Origin: Zygnema circumcarinatum SAG 698-1b
Lineage: Eukaryota; Plantae; Zygnematophyceae
DNA: 64,000 nucleotides
Reading direction: 5' to 3'
Assembly (NCBI GenBank): GCA_037447605.1
Contig: CM074805.1
Location: 4,187,361-4,251,360, forward strand
Shown here: positions 25,505-64,000 of the stretch, one piece after another
How positions within the stretch are numbered: position 1 is the stretch's first letter
Layout of the letters: every line of letters begins with the position of its first letter
Notes under the pieces: generated by a model
Databases searched by the model: none
Seen by the model: the letters and a program-made list of their open reading frames with translations, nothing else
Told to the model about the DNA's origin: nothing
Position numbers and translations under genes: made by a program

Positions 25505-26298
25505 ATGGCGGACACAGGCAGCCGTCCCACAGTTCGCATGGAGGTTTCTAAGGGCCAGCGGAAGGTGGAGGTGGAGTTTAACGCGCTCAGCGTGGATGAA
25601 GCCAGTCACGTATGTGATCTATGGAGTTTTTGTCGGGGGAGAGGGCGAATGTGGAATACGAGGGCGTGAGTCGAGTCAGATAGGAGTCTGAGTTTGGAAT
25701 AGTAAGGAGATTGCAGGAAATATGGTGGTAGTGAGAATCAACGTGTTTTCTGGTGCAGAAGCTCGCAAGGGAGCTGGAGGGCAACGCAGTCTTTTGGAGG
25801 AAGAAGCTGGAGGTGAGTTGTTGATGCTATCTAGCAGAGCTTTGTTTCCATAGCGTGCTCCGCTTTCAGAATTTAATATTTTTCTAAGATTTTTAATTAG
25901 TCTGACGGCTGTCAAGATACACATTTGGCAAGAAAAGAAAAATACAAGGTAATCATTGAAGGGCGTGCCCTTCATGATGATTGTTTTTGTTTGTGTTGCG
26001 GTTTCATGAAATGTCTCTTTCTTTGGAGACTCTCTGTCAAGCTAAAAAGGCTGGATTGACTCAAGCTTGGTCTGGGATCTTAGGTGATATGGAAGCGGTT
26101 AACTGCTTGAAATATCGTTCTTTTTGACTGCAGGGCGTCCTTGAAGCTGCCATTTCTGGCAAAAATGCCAAAATACGGACGTCTCCAAGCGCGGATCCTC
26201 TTCTTTTTTTGGGCGCCATTGTCACATCCCTCGTTGCGTTCTCAGCGCTGGCTGCTGTTACAGCACTGTCCGGGGCCCGCCATCAGCACCATCATTGA
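25505..26298 (+). CDS. Small hypothetical protein (107 aa) with a single C-terminal hydrophobic segment
   Basis: Three phase-0 GT-AG exons 25505-25609, 25759-25812 and 26134-26298 give MADTGSRPTVRMEVSKGQRKVEVEFNALSVDEASH|KLARELEGNAVFWRKKLE|GVLEAAISGKNAKIRTSPSADPLLFLGAIVTSLVAFSALAAVTALSGARHQHHH*. The start context is GCCATGG. No family recognised. Confidence 0.7.
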
Positions 26299-27304
26299 CC
26301 TTCTGCTCAAGGAACATATCCCTTCCGAACTGCAGCAAGAGAAAGCTGCAGCGCACTGCAAATATCGCGTTTCCGCTTTAGCTTACTGTTCGTGCGTTCT
26401 AGTCTGAAACCTTTTTCATGGTTTCTTGAACATCACATGCCTCTTCAGCATGACCCTTGTTGTGAGCGCTGATGGCATGTGAGGTCCACTGCAACCATGT
26501 TTCACTGAGGTTGGAGGAGTTATGTCGTGGCTTCAGAGGGTGGAGATAGCAAGAAACTTCCCACCAATTTTTTTGTTCCTCCTTTTTAACCATCACATAA
26601 GTCGCGATTAGTGTGGATGGGGTTTGTGACTAATCTAGGTGTATTTGAAGGCCTAAATGGTTACTTTTCTTCACTCTTTGGCCCTCTCCTTCTGTAAACA
26701 TTCAGCTGAAACGTTGTAAATATGCATTTTTTGGCACTCACGATCAGTGGCTTGATGTGAATATGTTGGTCGGTGGTGACTTTCACTCTTTTGGTGATGA
26801 TTAATTGGATTGGTCTAAACAGCGCCGCTTGGTTTTGAGCTCACTCGCCGTGTTGCAATTGAGCTTCATATGTCAAACGAGCAACGCCAAGCCCATTGCC
26901 AAACTCACCTTTCACATTGTTGGTGTTGCCTGCAGCAGTGGCAGCAATAGTCACGAACTGCATAGCTTTATCTTTGTCAGTTCGACAATCCAGATTTGGC
27001 AGCAGACTCTGTGATCTTCAGCTTGATACTTCATATGAAGCTGCAAATTCCATGCGCAACTGATAGTTCCATTTTTCCTGCCATTGCATTCAGAAGTCAG
27101 CCATCGATCCATCCACTTTGAAAGAGACACAAAGTAACACAACAAAACGGGACCTTCCTTTGTAACGGAGCCAATCAGCGCCTTCCACGTCATCCACACT
27201 CTTGCCAACTGGCCAATTACAATCACCCATCCTGCCACGTTAGCCCTAATTCCGTCGTCCTGCAAACTCTCGCCTTCCCCCAGACTGCCTCTGTGCAGGC
27301 GGCC

Positions 27305-32470
<5,166 letters not shown>

Positions 32471-32717
32471 TCTCAACTCTCAGACTCGCTTTCAATGGCC
32501 GTACTTCAATCGCTGCGAGATAGTCCCTAGGGAACCTCCTCCTTCATCAGAGTCTTATCCGTCCTTATTATCTACTTGGGGAGGAGATCGGCCCACTTGA
32601 ATGTCAGGTCATAGTGCTCACATGCACTGCGGATGTCTGTGGCTTGCGGTGCTCTAAGGGGCATAAACAAAAGCTTACGGTCCAGCATTCAGCAGAAACA
32701 GCATGTGGCCTGTAGCT

Positions 32718-32810
32718 TTAGGGTTTTCAGGGGGGAGGGGGAGGTGAACTGCTTCATTTGACGTTAGGGTTTTCAGGGGGGAAGGGGAGGTGAACTGCTT
32801 CATTTGACGT
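32718..32810. repeat. Two-copy tandem duplication of an approximately 46-bp unit
   Basis: TTAGGGTTTTCAGGGGGGAGGGGGAGGTGAACTGCTTCATTTGACG is followed directly by a near-identical copy. Confidence 0.85.
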
Positions 32811-34853
32811 CCATCGGACTAGTGTATAACTTTGTAACAAACCTTACTGGAAAAAAGCCCCATTTTTCATTTTTCTTGCCAAGTTCTCGTCGACATTTAT
32901 AGCGTTGCTCTCAAAAGCAGAACCCTCCATTGCACTCAGCGCCCGCGCCTCGTCATTTGGCCAAGCCGACGCCCGTCCTGACCAATCCTCTCAACTTTAG
33001 TTTCTGGAATAACAGCCAGTTTTGTACAAAAGACTAGTCAGGATGCTGTCGTCCTCAATATCGTGCACAGTCGAGTCCTCGGTACCGTGGAGGGTCTCAA
33101 ACTTGCCACGAGGCTGTGGACATTGAGCGTAACAGGCCGTGAGGGGTAGCCACGTGAATGGAAACTCTGGTTTCGGGAAAGGCTCGTTGTCGGATGGGCA
33201 AAGAACTTTGCGATCGCAGGTTTGGAGTCGAAAGCAGGTTCTGTGGCGTCGACTTGTCACCTTGGCGATAAGAGTTTTAAAGGCTGAGAGCCCCCGAAAA
33301 TGCCATCCACGGGCCGCCACGCAGGATCCTAACGGCTCACAAAACACGGCCCATAGATCAGTTTACAGGATGGTGCGCGAAACTAATGCCATGACACCAC
33401 AGCAGGAAGGCGTCCCTGCACAGGAAACAACTCCGTTGCAATGTTGCATGCGCAAAGTTTCTTTGAAACGACCAGTGAAAACAGAATTGAAACACTTTTA
33501 TTCCCGCCCGAACCGAATGCCCTTTTCTTGTGCGAAGCAGGCCTACGGGTGTACGCCGCCTTGCAGGCGTTCAAAGAAATGCCGCTGATCGCCGTTTGTG
33601 GTATGCCTAGAACTAAGCCTGCAGAGGATTTTCGCGAAATACAATCAGTCTCTCTAATCATTTTAATGCCCAACAAAGATTGAATACATTTGATTCAAGA
33701 TATTGTTCCTATGTTTTAATTTTTCGATTGATTAATAAAACAAGCTCTGATGTAGGGCACTCTACGTGCAGTGGTGGACTCTATGCGCCTGGAATAAAAG
33801 TAATGTTGCGACAACTCAGTAGCTGGAATCCCAATACCAAATCGACTTCAATTAGTTAGGATTGAACAAATGGCTATCCTTGCCTTGTTTAAATGCATTT
33901 TTACTCCATAACTGATTGAACAATTGAATCTAGAACTGACGATCCATTATCTGAATCTTGAGCCGCAATAGGTAGGAATCTGCGCACGTGAGTGAGCAAT
34001 TTGAATATTTGAAACAACCACAAGCCAAAGAAAAGTAAGTGGAATGCAAAAGAATTTCAAATGTTCAAACCTCCGAAATCGCATGCTCAATCCGATATGA
34101 GTTAAGATTAGATTAGATGAACCAACAACAGTTTCCCCAAAACATGCTCAACAGAAGGGTTGGCTTTACTGCAGTGCCTTAACCATCCTACTCGCTCTCT
34201 CTCTCCTTCTCGCCTCTAACTCCTCCATGAAATTCTCGCAGCCATGGCGTCGCCTGTGCCCTCACTCCAAGCGACCAGGCGCCCGCGCGCAGGTGCCCGC
34301 CTGCCTTCCCGGCAACCCTAAAAACTGCAACGCGGCGCTCCTGGCTTCATGCCGCGGCGGCAGGCAGATCAAACATTGAACAAATACTGTACAACTAAAA
34401 TAGCAGGTACTCAATCCATATTGGAGAGTACTCGCTCTGTACCAATGCTCATTTCGCGCTTCGTTTTCTGCAAGGGCCATTTTAAACAAAGAAAGCGTAT
34501 CTCGCAAAGGGCATATATCTCGAGAATGAATGCGCGACGAATTTGCAATGTACGTCATTCGGATATTGGGCCGATTCAGTCCCGACGTTTAAGAGCTGCC
34601 CTGGTCGGAGTCGGAGTCCAAGGCCTCTTTCTCCTCTTCTTTGGAAAATATTTGCTCTTGGTTTGATGCAGGCCCTGCTGCTTCCTGTGCTGGCTGCTGC
34701 TGTGCACAGTGCCAGGACTGCTGCATCCAGGCGTGTTGCCTTGGCCCATTATCTCTGATGATGATGCTGATAATGGTGGTGGCAAGCAACACTGTGCAAA
34801 CGAGTTGCGGCTTGGAATGAATGATTGCAAAGTTTGACGCGTTTCAGGAGAAG

Positions 34854-35581
34854 ATGTCCGGCGCTAGACACTCAAGTCCGGAGCGTCATATCAAAGAGAC
34901 GAAGAAGTCTACGTTTGAAGATTACTTTGATCCTATTTGGTTGAGGGAGGTAGCACGGAAGACAGAGAAGAAGCAGAAAGTTAAACCAGCGCGTGCTGCG
35001 GTGGTACATGGAGACACTACATCAGAGGTCGTGGCAGCCTCGTCTGACTTTGACTGGCCAGAGAATGAATTGCGCACCATGCTGAGTTCTCGGGTTGCAG
35101 GGGAATTTTCGTCGGAAACCAGCAGCGGATCAAGTTTAGAAAGCCGACAAAGTCGTCAGCGACGCGCCGCAAACTCGGCCGGTGAGTATGTGAACAGCCT
35201 CAATTATTGTTCAGCAAAAAAATAATCGGAAACTATGAATCAGATTCAGATTTCACGCTACTGGTGTTGACATGTTTAGTCGTGTTGAAGGTAAGCCATG
35301 ATTCTGTGCTATCTTATTCGTTGTACAACCATTTTGCATTCGCGCAACCTTGTTAAAAAGCAGAATTCGAGGAACGAAGCACCTGGAACGACGAAGTGAG
35401 CAAAAAGAGGGGCAGCAAAAAGAGACAAAGGTCTCAAAGTAGCTGCGAGTCAACACGTCCACAGGAATGTGAAGACGTAGACAGTCACACTGGAACGTTC
35501 AGTTTTGCAATCGACGAATTCGAGCGTTTCAAGAAGGACGTGACGCCATTTCGACAGAGTGGCGAAGGAGGTGGGAGATGA
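34854..35581 (+). CDS. Hypothetical Ser/Lys/Glu-rich protein (core of two exons; gene may extend from about 34244 to about 36900)
   Basis: Exons 34854-35181 and 35364-35581 join in frame across a GT-AG intron (MSGARHSSPERHIKETKKSTFEDYFDPIWLREVARK...AEFEERSTWNDEVSKKRGSKKRQ...FSFAIDEFERFKKD...). No family recognised. Confidence 0.45.
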
Positions 35582-37380
35582 AAAGAATCATTTACTTGTC
35601 TTGCACTTCATGTAAGCTTAGCCGTTTGAAGTGCTTAGCTGCCTGGTAATGCTCGGCATCTGCGCTTGGCTGGAACTACTCACTTTGTGGGACATTGCCC
35701 TGGCCAGATATCTCCGGCTCTAAAGAGGTGGTCTCCAACACGAGCATTTCAAACAGTTCTCCGACTTCCAAGTCACGAACATGACTATCAGTTTAGAAGG
35801 TCGTATGTTTTTAGTCAACGTTCGGTATTTAACTCGTCAAGATTGTCAAGATGCGTAATCTATGTACTTACGTACTGGTCAACCGAGAATGTACCCGATT
35901 GTCCTTGGACGATAAGCAAAGACGAACAGGCCTTGAAACAGCTCCGCATACTGCTAGTGGTTTTGTCCTTTTTTCCCTACTTGGGCTGCCTTTGGCTGTC
36001 TATCTCTTAAGCTTGATTCGTCTGATCTATTGCTGCTATTCGACATAAGTAACATCCTTTGTTGCCGAACGGCCCTGGTCTGTTCTGATGGGACTACAAG
36101 GTTTAGTGGACCGCTGCTTGTGCATACTGAAGCAAAATTTAGAGTATGAAGGAGAAGCTATAAGGAAAAAGAAAAGTGCAGCAGGTGCTCCTTCGCAGGA
36201 ACCACTTCAGGGACACATTGCAGATGAAGGCAAACGAGAAAAGAAGGTACTAAAAACGAGAACCATGATGGGAGTTTTCAGGAACCTTCTCAAAGTAACA
36301 GGAAAGCAACAACGAGCCTTGCTTTCAGAATCGTTTTAGAAGTCATGCCCTGTACAACCAAGATACTGCTCCTCCTACACAGCTGCCTCCAAGCCTCCGT
36401 ACATTATCAAGCAACGAGTAAGAATGAAGCTCATTACTGCCTACCATTCAATGACACGGATGGAAGCCATGTCGCCTCCGACAGCGCAGGCTTACACCGG
36501 ACTCAGACAGCAATGTTCTCCTCCACACCCCCCCCCCCCCTCCCTCTTCCCCACCCCCCCTCCAATGTCTCCTCCTCCACATGCCGTCGGAGCCATAAAA
36601 GGGGATCAAGCCATATTCTCCATTCACGACTCCAACGTTAACTCTTCCAAAGCGCTCCTCGCCAGGCCAACACCCCCGTCTGGTGCTGGAAAGGCCGTCC
36701 TCATTACTCCACAAAGGGCTGAAGTTTTGCGGGCACAAGCTGGTAGGTTGACTAGGACAAGCACTAACGTAGACATCCGAATTCTAACATGTTCGAACCC
36801 CTAAACTCCCACGCCACGTGTCCAGGGCTAGGTGGTATGCAAAACGCCACAATCATTCCACGCCCAGCAAAACAAGAGAGTGCGAGACAGATCTTCTGAA
36901 GTTGTCAAACCGACAGAAGGGAAGAAACAGCAAAGACAAGTGCAATGGAATCGAAAATCTGCAGGAGGAAGTCCCGGTTCACACTCAGACCTCAACACTG
37001 CAGCCCGGAAGTGACGAAGTATGCAAATCTGATTCGAAGAACATCAAGCAACTGCAAGCCTCAAAGATGTGGCCCCTCGACTAATACACATTGCAACAAC
37101 AGTCAGCAAGACTAACATCCTAAAAAGACATGTAAGCATAGAGCAAATGGAAAGGAATGAACAGGCGTACAGGCAGGGCAATACGTTAGAACCCAAGCAG
37201 TGACTAGTGCAAAGGCAAGCAATGCAGCGTGCAGCACCTTCCCCTGGACACACACCGGGCTACTATTCGCGAAAAAACTCAATAAAAATTGAGCCACTCA
37301 AAGCATGTGCTTCAAACCAGCGTTCAAAGCACATGCTTCAACCGCCACCCTACGCCATTTCAATGGCTGAATTACCAACT

Positions 37381-39253
37381 CTATACAAGTGTGGGAGGGT
37401 TCTGAGCAGCAAACTTCTCTGCTCGCATTTTTTTCTTCGCTTCCAGGTCAATGTCACCTTTAACAGGTATTCCAAACCTGCAAAACCAAAGAACAAGATT
37501 ACGACCTGTTTGTAAAATTGAAACAGGTATATCAATGGCCAAAACTTCTGCAACAAGCCAGTCCAAAAATATAGCCAAAGAATTGAACAAAAAACTATAT
37601 CTTGTAACAAACCCTAAGCGCGTCCGTCCACATATGTGATTACGGCCAAGTATGACAGACTGTCTAAAAGACCTTATGCGGCTGATGTCTGTGATTGACT
37701 GAAACTACATCCAAATTTTGAAATCACATGTACCAGGCATAACTCCGTTGGCAGTAAAACACTTCGCAAACAACATCTTACAAGATCAAAACTAAGTGAC
37801 TTCTCCAAATAACTCCCATTCAAAATTTAATGATACGTCTAATGCATTTGATCGAACGAATTTCATGTTGCATCCCAGACTTGACACGAGAACCGATTCG
37901 AAAACGTCAATCACGCACTTAATAGTCACACATGAAGAGTACTGATTTTTCATTGCATCATGTTCTTCGAGACATGCAACTAAAATATCCTCAATGCTGC
38001 AAAACAAAACCACCTTCTGATTGTCAAATTATTAAGTGACAGCCTATCGAGTTGGCATCAACAAACCACATTGTTGCAAGAAAAACTCTACGCCTTCGAA
38101 GGGATGACGAAAGGGGTTCTGCTTTACCTCTCTGCACGACGCCTCTTCTTGTCGATTTCTTCGGCACTAGTGATGTTGCTCGAACCAAACCGCTCTGCCC
38201 TTGCAGATTTTTTGCTCGTCTCTTCATTCGCATCACTTACAACCTTCGTGCTTGCCACCAAATCCGTAGATTTTGGGAGTCCAAAGCGTTCCGCTCGAGC
38301 TGCCTTTTTTTCGGCTTCAGCAGCAGCGTCTGCAGCGTTAGGAGTACTCTTGGTCTGCTTGATGTTGAATCGTTCAGCCCTTGCAGCAAGCTTACCATCC
38401 TCAGACTCGCTTCCTTTCAACCCAAATCTGCAGGATGTGGCCAAAACACGTCATATACGTGCATAAGGAGAGGTGACTTTCGGTGAAAAGCTTCAGTAGC
38501 ACAAACACGCGACAATATTCGATCGGATCCACACGAATGGAAGGCCGGGGGCAGAAACGCAAACTCTGAGACGAGATTCCAGTCAATATTGTACCAAAAA
38601 AATGCAAATAGAAAACACAAAAGCGATAAACTAAAAATGGAGTAATACAAAGGGAAGAATCAAGAGAGAAATACTCACTTTTCTGCCCTAGCCTTCCTCT
38701 TGTCGCCTTCAGAAGCCACAACCTCTATTCCAAACCGTTCTGCACGCTTCTGCTTCTTTTCAGTCTCAGTCTCCGCTTTGTCTTTAGCCACATCATTGCC
38801 CTCGCCAGAAATAGACGTCTGTCCTTCGCCAGCTTTCTGATTATCCTCCACAGCAGAAGCACCCTCTACCTTCACATCATTAGGCTCCACAACGTTCGAC
38901 TGAAGAGTATCCGTCTTTGCACCATTCTCAGAAATACGTTTCAAACCCTCAGAAGAAGCTGAATCTGGCACGGCGCCAATAGCAGGATCCTTCACATCCA
39001 TTGGAGGCCCACCAAGTGTGCTACCTCCAGTCGTATCTGCTTGCTTTGTTTGCTCGCTTGCCGCATCTACCTTCGCTGGCTTTGCATCCGAAGGCACACC
39101 ACTGGCTGAAGGACCTTTCTCGGATGCAAGCGCTGCTTCCAAACGATCAATAAGCTTTGCCTTCAGCCCGGAGGTATCCAGGTCTCTCTTGGCAAGCTCA
39201 TCTCTGAGCTCCTGCACCTTCAATTTCTTCGGGTCTGAGGGAGGGGTATCCAT
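37381..39253 (-). CDS. SAP-domain Tho1/SARNP(CIP29)/MOS11-like mRNA export adaptor, about 323 aa
   Basis: Exons 39253-38679, 38427-38128 and 37477-37381 are in frame. N-terminal SAP motif KKLKVQELRDELAKRDLDTSGLKAKLIDRLEAAL, then seven K/R-x-x-RAE(R/K)F(G/N/A) repeats. A splice acceptor 5 nt upstream of the ATG suggests a 5' UTR intron. The last exon end is uncertain. Confidence 0.85.
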
Positions 39254-39939
39254 GTCTACTGCAGAAGGCAGACAACACAGACACTTCCGGCTCCAAGACG
39301 CAGTTCTACTCTTCTAATCTCGGCAGAAAAACTTGCAAAAGAGGCCCCTTCTCTCCCTGCAGACTTCTACTTCAAAGACAAACTTGATCAACCTAATTCC
39401 TAAAGACACTACAGCAAATGTCGCAGAAGATGCTGTCGCGAAATCTGCAGAAGACGCCCCGCTTCTCCCCCTCTGACTCTTGCTCCAAAGTACAGCTTCA
39501 CCTTTAACAACAACTTCTACACCTTCACGAGACTGCGGCAAATCTTGTAGATGAGATGACGCAGCAAACACTGCGGTGGCTTGACCCCTGCTCAGTCCTG
39601 GCCCAACGCTCAGCTTCGCCCACTCGATTGCTCCAACAAATTCGACGACACGACAGCAACTCTGACGGACGACGCTGTAGGCGGAAAAGTAGGGCTGTTT
39701 CCTCTCCTGATCGACTCTTGAAGCACAAGCACACTGCCTCGCCTCCCCTCCTCTCCGCCAAGTCCTCCCACACCTAAGAAAGCTGCAGCGCCTTCCCTCA
39801 GCTCCCGCCTGCCCCTGTCTCCCTCCGCCGCAATGCCCCTCCCTTCCTCGCGTCCCTTCCCTTCCTCGCGTCCCTTCCTTTCCGCGTCCAAACCCTTCGG
39901 CCTCCCTTTCACCTCCGAGGGGGGCCGCCGTAGGGCTCC

Positions 39940-40390
39940 GTACATATCCGTACACGCGGAGCATGCTATGTATGCCACGATGCTATTTGTTTGCCCATGC
40001 CATGTCATGCGGCATGGCGCCATGTGAGACCAATGCCATGCATGCCAGTTCCCCTTCCCATCCATGGTCGACGCATGGCATCCCACCATCCATCCATCCA
40101 TCCATCCATCCATCCATGCATCCCTCCAGAGCAGGTCGGGCCGTACGGCTGTCGGCGGACTCGGCCAAGTTGCTAACGTTCCGCTGGCGAGCAGTCGCCG
40201 TACGGACGGAGCCAAGGGCCGTCCGCCGAGCAAGTGTTTTTCCGTTCACGTTCAGCCGTACGGCCGTACCGAAGCCGTTCCTCCACTGCTCCGTACAGTA
40301 CGGCGTCCCTGAAAGTGTACGTTCTCCAGCAAATGTCATACTGATACTGTACGACCAGACATTGAATAACCGTTTCGGTTGTACGATCAA
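39940..40390. promoter_or_regulatory. Divergent promoter region of the SAP gene and MOR1, with CATG-rich, (CATC)n and CCGTAC-rich tracts
   Basis: Lies between oppositely oriented genes. CATGCC/CATGCA cluster and (CATC)n at 39960-40120; about 9 GTAC sites at 40140-40385. Confidence 0.45.
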
Positions 40391-40614
40391 CGGGAGGAGA
40401 CTAGCCCAATTCAAATCTACTGGCCGCCTCCATTCTGCGGGAGTGCGGGAGCAGAGGGAGAGAGAGGCGCTGCTGCTGCTGCTGCTGCTGCAAGGTGGAG
40501 GGAGGGAGGCTACAGCTGGCTGGTGCATGCCTCCTGCTTAGCGCTTGGAGAGCCTGTGACCTAGTGTATTGTTTAGCTGGTAATACTACATAATTCTGAA
40601 TACAAAAGCGAGCC

Positions 40615-64000
<23,386 letters not shown>

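Noticed and set aside
32997-33683. Cluster of 80-150 aa ORFs on both strands
   Set aside because: No motif, no convincing splice chain and no terminal repeats.
39314-40541. ORFs of 180-216 aa in the SAP/MOR1 intergenic region
   Set aside because: They are low-complexity, repeat-derived and overlap on both strands. The region is better explained as UTR introns and a divergent promoter.

Overview
Intron-rich land-plant nuclear DNA with GT-AG introns, TTTAGGG-type repeats and long CT/GA microsatellites. The compact gene spacing and gene content fit a non-seed plant such as a hornwort, but that is inference. Five genes are recognisable from hand-spliced exons: GOLDEN2-LIKE (GLK, +), an EFM4/METTL10 elongation-factor methyltransferase (-), a plastid-type LdpA 2x[4Fe-4S] protein (+), a SAP-domain Tho1/SARNP/MOS11 export adaptor (-) and MOR1/XMAP215 (+, runs off the right edge). 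A sixth is a strongly diverged but apparently near-complete gamma-tubulin complex GCP2-like gene (-). Two orphan genes are also supported, one encoding a 107-aa protein with a C-terminal hydrophobic anchor. Non-coding features include two hAT-type non-autonomous elements with exact TIRs and 8-bp TSDs, GTAC/CCGTAC-dense promoter tracts, G-run arrays, interstitial telomere-like repeats, a perfect 22-bp hairpin and a probably mis-assembled MOR1 intron. I did not find a clearly novel multi-gene system. The best leads are the diverged GCP2-like gene near MOR1, the orphan tail-anchored protein and the 7-motif SAP/Tho1 protein. All family assignments come from recalled motifs, not database searches.
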